Part shown: positions 27,472 through 35,716 of the stretch, piece after piece
Layout of the letters: every line of letters starts with the position of its first letter
Numbering within the stretch: position 1 is the first letter of the stretch
Assembly: GCA_030628945.1 (NCBI GenBank)
Contig: DAOVPY010000001.1
Coordinates: 136,124 to 200,123 of the forward strand
Origin: Candidatus Nealsonbacteria bacterium
GTDB lineage: Bacteria > Patescibacteriota > Minisyncoccia > Minisyncoccales > DAOVPY01
Direction: 5' to 3'
DNA length: 64,000 bases
The notes under the pieces: model-generated
Databases searched by the model: none
What the model saw: the letters and a program-made list of their open reading frames with translations, nothing else
What the model was told of the DNA's origin: nothing
Translations under genes and position numbers: made by a program

Positions 27472-28582
27472 ATGAAAAGCATTTCTGAGAGAATTAAAGA
27501 TTTACAAACTCATTTCCTCCAAATGGAGGAACGTCTTTGACTTATCCGAGAAGCGAAAAGAAATAAACAGGATAGAAAAAGAAATTCAAAAGCCGGATTT
27601 CTGGCAAAACAAAGAAAAAGCGGCAAAAGCCTCCCGTAGAATAGCCGAATTGAAAGAATTTCAGGAAAGATTTGCCGGTTTCAAAAAGGAGATTGAGGAA
27701 ATACGCGAATTTCAAAAATTAAGAGAGCCGGGACTGGAGAAAGAGATTGAAAAAAAACTTTATGACCTGGAAAAAATGTTTGAGCAGGAAGAGCAAAAAG
27801 TTTTAGCAGAGCGTCTTTCGGGAAAGTATGATAAGGGAAAAGCGATTCTTTCAATATATTCCGGAGCCGGCGGAGCGGACGCGCAGGACTGGGCGACAAT
27901 GCTCTTGCGAATGTACCAGAGATATTCCGAGCGAAAAGGATTCAAAACCAAAATTCTACATCAGTCGTTTGGCCAGCCCGGGGGTCCGGATGGGAGAATC
28001 GGAACAAAATCCGTTACCTTGGAAATTAAAGGGCCATACGCTTACGGTTTCCTGAAAAAAGAAACAGGGGTTCATCGCTTGGTCCGAATTTCTCCCTTTT
28101 CCAGCCAGGATTTACGCCATACTTCCTTTGTTTTGGTGGATCTTCTGCCCGAGATTTCCAAAGTTGAAGAACAGGAAATTGAGGTCAGGCCCGAGGATCT
28201 GAAAATTAATACCTTCAGGGCTTCGGGACCAGGGGGCCAGTATGTCAACCGGAGAGAAACAGCGGTTCGGATTACGCATATTCCCGCGAAAATCAGCGTT
28301 TCCTGCCAAAGCGAGCGGCTTCAGGGATTAAACAAGCAAAGAGCCATGAAACTGCTTTTTGCCAAACTATATCAATTGAAAGAAAGAGAGCGGGAAAAAG
28401 AACTGGCAAAAATAAAAAGCGAAACATCTTCCATTGAGTGGGGAAGTCAAATCAGGTCGTATGTTTTACATCCTTATCAATCGGTCAAAGACCACAGAAC
28501 GGGAGTTGAAACATCAGATGTGGAAAACATCTTAGACGGCGATTTGGATGAATTTATTAATGCGGAACTAAGATATGATTAA
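27472..28582 (+). CDS. prfB: Peptide chain release factor 2, with programmed +1 frameshift (join 27472..27537, 27539..28582)
   Basis: ORF1 reads MKSISERIKDLQTHFLQMEERL and ends at CTT TGA C (27535-27541). An SD-like GGAGG (27525-27529) precedes it. The +1 frame continues DLSEKRKEINRIEKE..., with the SPF motif (RISPFSS) and GGQ (SGPGGQ). Confidence 0.9.
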
Positions 28583-29270
28583 ATTTCAGAATCTTAGCAA
28601 AATTTATTCTTCCAGTTTAGGCCAGAATCCCATTTTTGCCCTAAGAAATGTTTGTTTTGAGATACAAGACAAGGAGTTTATTTCCATTGTGGGGAGGTCA
28701 GGGGCAGGCAAGACCACTTTATTTAGATTGCTTCTTGCCCAGGAAGAGCCAACCCAGGGCAAAATTTTTTTTCAGGACCAGGATGTCCAGGAAATTAAAT
28801 CCAAGCAGATTTTCAATTTGCGAAGAAAGATAGGAATGATTTTCCAAAATTATGAATTATTTCCCACAAGGACAGCTTATGAGAATATTGCTTTTCCAAT
28901 GGAGATAATAGGAGCGAACAGAGGACAAATTGCCAAAGACGTTGCCGAAGTTCTGGAAATTGTCGGGCTTAGCGACAGGAGCCGCAACCTTCCAAAGGAA
29001 CTTTCAGAGGGGGAGAAACAAAGAGTGGCGATTGCCCGGGCTTTAATTCATCGGCCCCAGGTCATTATTGCCGACGAACCCACTGGCAATCTTGACCCCT
29101 GCAATACTCAGGACATAATCAGATTGCTTTATAAAATTTATGAATTTGGAACAACAATGATTTTAGCCACCCACGACAAAGAAGTAATTAACAGTTTGGG
29201 AAAAAGGGTAATAACCCTGGAAGACGGGAGGCTGATTCGCGATGAAGAGAGGGGAAGATTCATACTTTAA
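28575..29270 (+). CDS. ftsE: Cell-division ABC ATPase FtsE
   Basis: Walker A is GRSGAGKTT, the ABC signature is LSEGEKQRVAIARAL and Walker B is IIADEPTGNLD. It is followed by ftsX. Confidence 0.85.
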   Translation: MIKFQNLSKIYSSSLGQNPIFALRNVCFEIQDKEFISIVGRSGAGKTTLFRLLLAQEEPTQGKIFFQDQDVQEIKSKQIFNLRRKIGMIFQNYELFPTRTAYENIAFPMEIIGANRGQIAKDVAEVLEIVGLSDRSRNLPKELSEGEKQRVAIARALIHRPQVIIADEPTGNLDPCNTQDIIRLLYKIYEFGTTMILATHDKEVINSLGKRVITLEDGRLIRDEERGRFIL

Positions 29271-30180
29271 TATGTTTGCTTTACTCAAAAAAATAATTCA
29301 TTACGGCTGGCTGAATTTTCATCGGCAAAGCAGTTTTAGCGTGGTAACCATTTTTATTATGATGGTGGTTATTTTTTTGTTCACCTCTCTTTTTCTTTTT
29401 CAGGGAGCGGTCCAATTTTTAACTTTGAATTTGCAGGAAAAAATTGATATCAGCGTTTATTTCAATCAAGAGTCGTCAGAGCAGGAAATTTTAAAAATTA
29501 AAGAGGAATTAGCAGGAATTCCGCAAGTGGAAGACGTTGAATATGTTTCAAACGAAGACGCTCTGGAAAAATTTACCCTGAGACACCAAAACGATTCAAT
29601 GATAATGGAATCATTGGCTGAAGTCGGCGGCAATCCCTTTTTAGCTTCTTTAAATATCAGGGCGCGGGACTCGGCCCAATATGCCGGTATTTTCAATTTT
29701 ATAACCAATAGTTCTTTCAAGGAAACCATTGCCAAGGTTGACTATATTGAGAAAAAATCGATTATTGAACGACTTTTTTCTTTAACCTCTGATATCAACA
29801 AAGCCGGCATTATTTTTAGTTTGGTTCTGGCTTTCTTCGCTGTTTTGATAGCTTTTAATCAGGTTCGTCTGGCGATTCACAACTCCGGGAAAGAAATTAA
29901 AATTATGCGTTTGGTCGGGGCTCCGGATTTGCTGATTACCGGACCCTTTCTGGTTCAGGGAGTAATTATTGGAATTTTGTCGGTTCTTTTCTGTCTTTTG
30001 ATTTTCTTTCCCGCCTGCTTCTTTTTAAGCCCGAAATTAGAAATAATAATGCCGGGTTTTCATATCTTTCATTATTTTGTCAGCAATTTTTTCTTTATTT
30101 TCTTGATTCAGATGTTGGTCGGCGTGGGCATAGGGGCGTTTTCCAGTTTCATCGCCGTCAGAAAATACCTCAAAATTTAA
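29242..30180 (+). CDS. ftsX: Cell-division permease-like protein FtsX
   Basis: The topology is 4 TM helices with a large first extracytoplasmic loop. IKIMRLVGA is the conserved block. An alternative start lies at 29272. Confidence 0.8.
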   Translation: MKRGEDSYFNMFALLKKIIHYGWLNFHRQSSFSVVTIFIMMVVIFLFTSLFLFQGAVQFLTLNLQEKIDISVYFNQESSEQEILKIKEELAGIPQVEDVEYVSNEDALEKFTLRHQNDSMIMESLAEVGGNPFLASLNIRARDSAQYAGIFNFITNSSFKETIAKVDYIEKKSIIERLFSLTSDINKAGIIFSLVLAFFAVLIAFNQVRLAIHNSGKEIKIMRLVGAPDLLITGPFLVQGVIIGILSVLFCLLIFFPACFFLSPKLEIIMPGFHIFHYFVSNFFFIFLIQMLVGVGIGAFSSFIAVRKYLKI

Positions 30181-30251
30181 TGCCGGGTCGGCTAACGGTA
30201 GGCCAAATGCCCCTGGAGCATTGAATCTTGGTTCGAATCCAAGCCCGGCAG
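30181..30251 (+). tRNA. tRNA-Gln, anticodon CUG, with C at position 33
   Basis: Acceptor TGCCGGG/CCCGGCA (U1-A72) with discriminator G. D stem GGCT/GGCC, anticodon stem AATGC/GCATT with loop CCCTGGA, T arm CTTGG-TTCGAAT-CCAAG. It starts directly after the ftsX stop. Confidence 0.75.
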
Positions 30252-30416
30252 CACTTCGACTTCGCGGAGCGAAGGCGAAGTGCCCTGAGCTTGCCGAAGG
30301 GCAATCTCAGATAGGGCACTTTGATTTATAAAACATCACATTTTCGCTCCGCTACGCTCAGCGCAAGCTCTTCGCCGCGCGTCGAAGTGGGCTGAGTTCG
30401 TCGAAGCCCATTTTTT
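30252..30416 (+). other. GC-rich multi-hairpin element between tRNA-Gln and the GIY-YIG gene
   Basis: Hairpins lie at 30252-30282 (CACTTCG.CTTCGC-GGA-GCGAAG.CGAAGTG) and 30285-30310 (CTGAG.TTGCC-GAAG-GGCAA.CTCAG). A TGGGC...GCCCA+T6 hairpin (30388-30416) ends at the ATG. The element shares GCGGAGCGA and the TGCC-tetraloop-GGCAA hairpin with 18760-18802. Confidence 0.5.
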
Positions 30417-30674
30417 ATGTATTTTGTATATCTTCTACAGTGTGAAGATGGAAGTTTTTACACCGGAGTAACCTCAAATTTTGAAAAAAGATTTGATGAG
30501 CATAAAACAAAAAGTGGGGGTTGGCATACAAAAATTCATAAACCAGTTGAGATTTTATATACGAAAAAGTATCCAACAAAATTAGAGGCGCTCAGACGCG
30601 AAAAACAAATTAAAGGATGGAGGAGAGAAAAGAAGTTAAATCTAATTAAATTCGGCAAACCAATCATTCAATGA
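30417..30674 (+). CDS. GIY-YIG nuclease-family protein (UPF0213-like)
   Basis: The start MYFVYLLQCEDGSFYTGVTSNFEKRFDEH matches GIY...YIG with the conserved downstream R and E. Confidence 0.8.
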   Translation: MYFVYLLQCEDGSFYTGVTSNFEKRFDEHKTKSGGWHTKIHKPVEILYTKKYPTKLEALRREKQIKGWRREKKLNLIKFGKPIIQ

Positions 30675-30775
30675 ATTCAGGGTTATCCTGAACGAGTTTG
30701 AAGGCCAATTCTTAGCGCTCGGCCGGCCCTGAATTTATTGAAGGGTTCTCCCGACCGAGAGGCCTCTATAAATTT

Positions 30776-31096
30776 ATGGAAAAAGAAGATTTTAAAAAAG
30801 CAGAAAAGCTATTTAATGCCACACAAAAAGTAGTAGATTCTAAAATTCTCTCAGAGAAAGAAAAAGAGCCTTTCCAAAAAATAAATGCTCAACTTGCTGG
30901 TGTTCTGCTTAGTTCGTGGCTACCAAGGGATTGGGGACGGAAAATTATAATGTTAATTATTCTCCTCTTAGCTGTTTTTGGTGCCCTTAAGATAGATGTT
31001 TTATTTTTATTACTATTATTAATATTGCCAATTTTTTCGCCGAGAATGATGGGTGGATTAATAATGTTTATTGGTAGAATAATGGGAAATAAATAA
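30776..31096 (+). CDS. Small membrane protein, unknown function
   Basis: 106 aa with a soluble N-terminal half followed by two hydrophobic helices. Confidence 0.45.
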   Translation: MEKEDFKKAEKLFNATQKVVDSKILSEKEKEPFQKINAQLAGVLLSSWLPRDWGRKIIMLIILLLAVFGALKIDVLFLLLLLILPIFSPRMMGGLIMFIGRIMGNK

Positions 31097-31100
31097 ACCT

Positions 31101-31562
31101 ATGTTCGATTTTAAGAAAAAAAATCAAGCCGTTGAAGACGAATTACTCAAAGAATTTTTTCCGCATATTTTTGATAAATTCAAAAATTCTATTAGGGAAT
31201 ATTGGGGCAAGAAAGATAAAGAAAATTGGCAAACTATTTCTGAAAAATTAAAAGAAATAAACATAAAAACCACAGAAAAAACGGCGAAAATGATAGGTGT
31301 TAAGGAAATAAATAAAGAAATTATAGAAAGATTAGACGCCACCGGTAGTATTATAAGCAATATGCTTATCGCTCAGGGAGAGCTTTGTTCCAAAGAATGT
31401 AGTAGAAGAGAAATGACAGATGAAGAGACTAATTTTACACTCTATTTTTTTTGGAAAACTTTGAGCCAAAGGCAATTCATATTTCCGAAAGATATTTCTT
31501 TATTGGAAGAATTTTTTACTTGGTTTTCGTTGAAAAAGGAGAATAAAAAAATTAAAAAATAG
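31101..31562 (+). CDS. Hypothetical protein
   Basis: 153-aa ORF, 4 nt after the previous stop. No motif recognised. Confidence 0.45.
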   Translation: MFDFKKKNQAVEDELLKEFFPHIFDKFKNSIREYWGKKDKENWQTISEKLKEINIKTTEKTAKMIGVKEINKEIIERLDATGSIISNMLIAQGELCSKECSRREMTDEETNFTLYFFWKTLSQRQFIFPKDISLLEEFFTWFSLKKENKKIKK

Positions 31563-31615
31563 GGGATATTGACCCTTATTTTTTAGTTAATTTTGACAAA
31601 ATCAACTGGTGACCA

Positions 31616-31711
31616 ATGAGCGAAGGAGTTTTTTACCGCTTTGGCATTTTAACCGACCGGCTAAAGGGCTTTGAGTCTGAGGAGGATTTACTAAAATTAA
31701 TTGAAAAATAG
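31616..31711 (+). pseudogene. 31-codon ORF/remnant MSEGVFYRFGILTDRLKGFESEEDLLKLIEK, homologous to a start-less remnant at 32318-32410
   Basis: The two copies encode ...LTDRL(K/R)GFESEEDLLKLI.... Several differences between them are synonymous (cta/tta, gag/gaa). Confidence 0.4.
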
Positions 31712-31766
31712 AACTATTTTAAAGAAATATAAAGAATAATTAGATTAGAGAATTAATTTAAAACTT

Positions 31767-32366
31767 ATGATTAAATCAAGAGATGAATATTCAGAAAATC
31801 TTGAAAGCCAATATAGAAGAATGGGAAGAATTTATGAAGAAATTATAAAAGATTTTGAAAGCACGACTTTTTCAAAAAGTTTCCAAGAAAGATTAGATAA
31901 AGTCTATGATTTTTTTTTAATCTGTTACCACCTTAGAGAATGGGTTAAAAAAGATGCTAAGGTTGGTCAGACAATCAAAGATAAATTGCCCACTTTTGAA
32001 AAAGAAGATTCTCCCGTTCACTTCCAAATGTGCAGAGATTTATGTAATAGGTCTAAACATGTCACACTAGAAACGAAAGAACATTATAAACCTAACGATG
32101 TTAATACAAAAATTGTTCCTTGTGGAGGTGGTATTTTTTCGGTCCACAAAAAAGAATTAGAAGAAGCACGAAATAAAAAAGAGACTATTCATCTTAAAGA
32201 AGAAGATGAAATATTTTTAGGTAACTTTTTCGTCACTTTTAGGGGTAGAAATTATGACTTAAAGGGAGTTGTTCAGGCCTGCATGCATGAGTGGAAAGTC
32301 TTTTTTGAAGAAAATGATTTATTATTACCGAGGAGTACCCCTTTTCCTATCTCACCGACCGGTTAA
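31767..32366 (+). CDS. Hypothetical protein
   Basis: 199-aa ORF. FFLICYHLREWVKKD ... LCNRSKHV is faintly reminiscent of HEPN-type helical nuclease families. This resemblance is very weak. Confidence 0.45.
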   Translation: MIKSRDEYSENLESQYRRMGRIYEEIIKDFESTTFSKSFQERLDKVYDFFLICYHLREWVKKDAKVGQTIKDKLPTFEKEDSPVHFQMCRDLCNRSKHVTLETKEHYKPNDVNTKIVPCGGGIFSVHKKELEEARNKKETIHLKEEDEIFLGNFFVTFRGRNYDLKGVVQACMHEWKVFFEENDLLLPRSTPFPISPTG

Positions 32367-32415
32367 GGGGTTTTGAGTCTGAAGAAGATTTATTAAAATT
32401 AATACAATAAATAAA

Positions 32416-33222
32416 ATGTCTTTAAAGCTAATACAATTTAAAAATAAGAAAAGGGACATCATTGTCGTTTTAATAACTTTTATATCAACTATTTTACTTA
32501 ATAGTTTTGTTTTTACTACTAATAAGTTAATCGAAAAAGAATTTTTTACGGATAAAAATTATGAATTCACCATAGAGGATTCTCTGGGTTATTTACCGTT
32601 GATAGAGGGTAATAGGTGGGTTTATGAAGGATACATCGAAGAGCAGGTAGGGCATAAAAATAACGAACCGATAACAGAAAAAGAAGAATTTGATAATTAT
32701 GAGGTCACAGCAAAAGAGGTAATAAAACGTGCGGATGCCTTAGTCGTCTTGATAGAAAATTCATTCTCTATCCTGTCTTTAGAAGAAATAAGAGAGAAGA
32801 AAAGATGTTATGAGTTATGGTTTATAACTGGTGGGAAAATTTATACGATTCAAAACAGCGATTTGGCTATTCATTATTTTCAACAAATAAAAAATAAGGA
32901 AAATGTGGCAATAGATCATTCTTTGGTTGGTTTAAAGTGGGAATTCCCATTTTACGTGGACAAGAAATACGATTTTTTTCAAGAAGGAGGATTTATTTGG
33001 GAATATAATTGGTATAAGAAAAAAATAACTGAAAGTAAAAAGTTAAATATCGCGGGCGTTATATATGATAAAGAATGTTTTAAGATTGAGAACGCTGGCG
33101 TAGGATTTACGCAATCAAGTTGGTTCTGTCCCGGTATGGGCGAAGTCGAGTATGATTATCATCACAACGGTGCTGTAACTAACGTTCACTACATTCTTAA
33201 GAATTCTTTTATTAAGTATTAA
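32416..33222 (+). CDS. N-terminally membrane-anchored hypothetical protein
   Basis: 268 aa with one TM helix (IIVVLITFISTILLNSFVF). Confidence 0.45.
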   Translation: MSLKLIQFKNKKRDIIVVLITFISTILLNSFVFTTNKLIEKEFFTDKNYEFTIEDSLGYLPLIEGNRWVYEGYIEEQVGHKNNEPITEKEEFDNYEVTAKEVIKRADALVVLIENSFSILSLEEIREKKRCYELWFITGGKIYTIQNSDLAIHYFQQIKNKENVAIDHSLVGLKWEFPFYVDKKYDFFQEGGFIWEYNWYKKKITESKKLNIAGVIYDKECFKIENAGVGFTQSSWFCPGMGEVEYDYHHNGAVTNVHYILKNSFIKY

Positions 33223-33247
33223 AAACTAAAATATAAGTTTTATAAAA

Positions 33248-34132
33248 ATGTTCAAAATAACAATTGGGAGAAACATAAATGAAGTAATCAAGAATATTGG
33301 AAAATTGTTGGCTTTTTTAATTTTTCTATATGGTTTAGTTAATGCCATTATTGGACTTCACGGATATTTTAAAGACCTTATTTTTAAAAACAATAATTTA
33401 TATCAGAGGTTGTCTCAAATAAATACATTGGCGAGTGATGGTTATGTAACTGAATTATTCGGAGAGCCATTCTTAATAAGAAAATTACCGGCAGATTATC
33501 AATTTTCTGGAGACTCCGTTGCGAGCATAGAAAATTTAACCGAGAGAATTTATAGTGATGAAAAATTTTATTTACAGACGATAAGTGGAGAAAATAATGA
33601 GGTTGTGGCCTATTCTATTACAACTAGAGATAATGATTTTAATCCGTTAGTTCCTTTGGAGTTATCACGAGGAGTTCAGAATAGTGATGGTTCTTATGGT
33701 GCAAAAAAATTTATATCTGACTTAAAATTAGGAAAATCACATTTCCAAGACTTAAAAGATGAAACTCCTTTAAAAATTAGTTTCAATAGTCCAAATCAAC
33801 ACACCTTTTATTTAGAGGGGCATTATTTTGGTAGGCCCGGTGGTTATAAATATTATTTGTTTGGCATTTCTCCTTATGGAAGTCACGAAGAAAGAGACGA
33901 AATGTATGATTTGGCCCATGCCTTTATGGAGGGAAATAATGTTTTAGATGACGCAGATTTTTTGAGATGGCGTTCGGAACAGAAGTTTAATACATTCGGG
34001 ATAATCGATCTTACATTACTCTCTTTCGACATTTCTACTTCAACAGCAGAGATTAACTCAGATTTATTAGATTACTTCTTTTATCTTGGTTTAGGTCCGA
34101 CAGCAGATGTAATTTATAATTTAAATTGGTAA
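33248..34132 (+). CDS. N-terminally membrane-anchored hypothetical protein
   Basis: 294 aa with one TM helix (LLAFLIFLYGLVNAIIGL). Confidence 0.45.
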   Translation: MFKITIGRNINEVIKNIGKLLAFLIFLYGLVNAIIGLHGYFKDLIFKNNNLYQRLSQINTLASDGYVTELFGEPFLIRKLPADYQFSGDSVASIENLTERIYSDEKFYLQTISGENNEVVAYSITTRDNDFNPLVPLELSRGVQNSDGSYGAKKFISDLKLGKSHFQDLKDETPLKISFNSPNQHTFYLEGHYFGRPGGYKYYLFGISPYGSHEERDEMYDLAHAFMEGNNVLDDADFLRWRSEQKFNTFGIIDLTLLSFDISTSTAEINSDLLDYFFYLGLGPTADVIYNLNW

Positions 34133-34294
34133 CTCGAATTTATTAGTATTATATTTTATATTCACTATTCTTTCCATTGCCGTGGTCCTTTTAAGTGGGA
34201 CACCCTACTGTCCCAAACGGAACACCCCTATTCTGTGTCCCATTTTAACTTCAAAACACCCCTGACCGAGAGGCGTTATTTGTAAAATAATTAG

Positions 34295-34320
34295 AAAATT
34301 CGCCAAACAGGCGAATTTTT
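34295..34320 (+). terminator. Rho-independent terminator (bidirectional shape)
   Basis: AAAATTCGCC-AAACA-GGCGAATTTT followed by a further T. Confidence 0.55.
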
Positions 34321-34337
34321 GCTATAATCAAACAATG
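34320..34337 (+). promoter_or_regulatory. Extended -10 promoter (TGcTATAAT) only 6 nt upstream of the methyltransferase ATG; probable leaderless mRNA
   Basis: TG at 34320-34321, TATAAT at 34323-34328, ATG at 34335. There is no SD sequence. Confidence 0.4.
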
Positions 34338-35138
34338 AAGCCGTACTACCAAAAAGATAATTTTACTTTATATAATGCGGATAGTTTGGAATTTTTGAAA
34401 GAACTTCCTGAAAATTCAGTAGATATGATTTTTGCCGACCCGCCGTATTTACTTTCAAACAACGGATTTACCGTTCATGCCGGCAGGCGAGTGAGTGTAA
34501 ATAAGGGCGAATGGGATAAAAGCAATGGATTTAAAAAAGATTTTGATTTTCATCTGAATTGGATTAAGGCCTGCAAAAGAACCTTAAAGCCGCAGGGGAC
34601 TATTTGGATAAGTGGGACTTATCACTCTATTTATCAATGCGGATTTATTTTACAAAATACTGGATTCCATATCTTAAATGATATTTCATGGTTTAAACCG
34701 AATGGGTCGCCAAATTTAAGTTGTAGATATTTTACCGCAAGCCACGAAACTTTGCTTTGGGCAAAAAAAGATAAAAAGACAAATCATGTTTTTAACTATG
34801 CAAGAATGAAAGTCGGAGATTGGCCAGAGGACTTTCTAAAAAAACCAAATACACAAATGCGTTCGGTTTGGGCTATAAATACTCCAAAACCAATAGAGAA
34901 AAAATTTGGCAAACACCCAACGCAAAAACCAACAGATTTATTGAAGCGAATTGTTCTCGCGAGCACCAATAAAGGCGATTTGATTATAGATCCTTTTACT
35001 GGAAGCTCTACAACAGGACTTGCCGCTTATCTTTTTGACAGGAGATTTATTGGCATTGATAATGAAAAAAAATATTTAGACTTATCAATAAAACGATTTA
35101 AGGAGTTGGATAAAAATTTAAAAAATAAATTAAAATAA
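34335..35138 (+). CDS. Type II DNA methyltransferase, beta-class N6A/N4C (N6_N4_Mtase family)
   Basis: Motif IV is FADPPY near the N terminus. Motif I is DPFTGSSTTG near the C terminus. Confidence 0.85.
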   Translation: MKPYYQKDNFTLYNADSLEFLKELPENSVDMIFADPPYLLSNNGFTVHAGRRVSVNKGEWDKSNGFKKDFDFHLNWIKACKRTLKPQGTIWISGTYHSIYQCGFILQNTGFHILNDISWFKPNGSPNLSCRYFTASHETLLWAKKDKKTNHVFNYARMKVGDWPEDFLKKPNTQMRSVWAINTPKPIEKKFGKHPTQKPTDLLKRIVLASTNKGDLIIDPFTGSSTTGLAAYLFDRRFIGIDNEKKYLDLSIKRFKELDKNLKNKLK

Positions 35139-35142
35139 TTTT

Positions 35143-35670
35143 ATGAAAAAAGGCGGCATAGGCGGAGCTAATACAAAAACAGGACTTTATTTTGAGGGTA
35201 AAGTTGATTTTTTGACTTTCATAGCAAAGCAACAGAATTATAGTGTAAAAGGAAACACAATTTTTTATAATGGTGAAAAAGTTGCCTTGTCTTTTAAGAA
35301 ATATGGACTGTATAAATATTTAGAGAAAAATGGAGTAGATTATAAAAAATTTATTTCCAGCAAACTTTTACCTGATGACGCGATATTTGTTATTACTAAT
35401 AATACTTTTTTTATTCTTGAAATAAAATTTCAGCAAGGTGGCGGCTCTACAGATGAAAAATTACAGACATGCGATTTTAAGATTAAACAATATAGAAAAC
35501 TGTTATCGCAATTAAATGTTGAGGTGGAATATATTTATATTTTGAATAACTGGTTTAAGCAACCTAGATATAAAGATGTTTTAGATTATATTATTTCAAT
35601 AGATGGTTGTTCGTATTATTTTAATTATTTGCCGTTACAAAAAATAGGTTTACCGGTACCGAAGAATTAA
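35143..35670 (+). CDS. Type II restriction endonuclease candidate (PD-(D/E)xK)
   Basis: 175 aa, starting 4 nt after the methyltransferase gene. PDDAIFV...ILEIKFQ fits the D...ExK motif. Confidence 0.6.
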   Translation: MKKGGIGGANTKTGLYFEGKVDFLTFIAKQQNYSVKGNTIFYNGEKVALSFKKYGLYKYLEKNGVDYKKFISSKLLPDDAIFVITNNTFFILEIKFQQGGGSTDEKLQTCDFKIKQYRKLLSQLNVEVEYIYILNNWFKQPRYKDVLDYIISIDGCSYYFNYLPLQKIGLPVPKN

Positions 35671-35716
35671 TTGAAAAATAAAATTATAAATTTAGGAGAA
35701 ATAATTATTTTAATAT

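Noticed and set aside
30252-30416. The GC-rich element after tRNA-Gln interpreted as tmRNA, SRP RNA, 6S RNA, RNase P RNA or a hammerhead/twister ribozyme
   Set aside because: It is too short for tmRNA or RNase P. It has no tag-peptide frame or tRNA-like end, no SRP domain IV consensus, and no CUGANGA/GAAA hammerhead core. The similarity is instead to the spacer element at 18760-18802.
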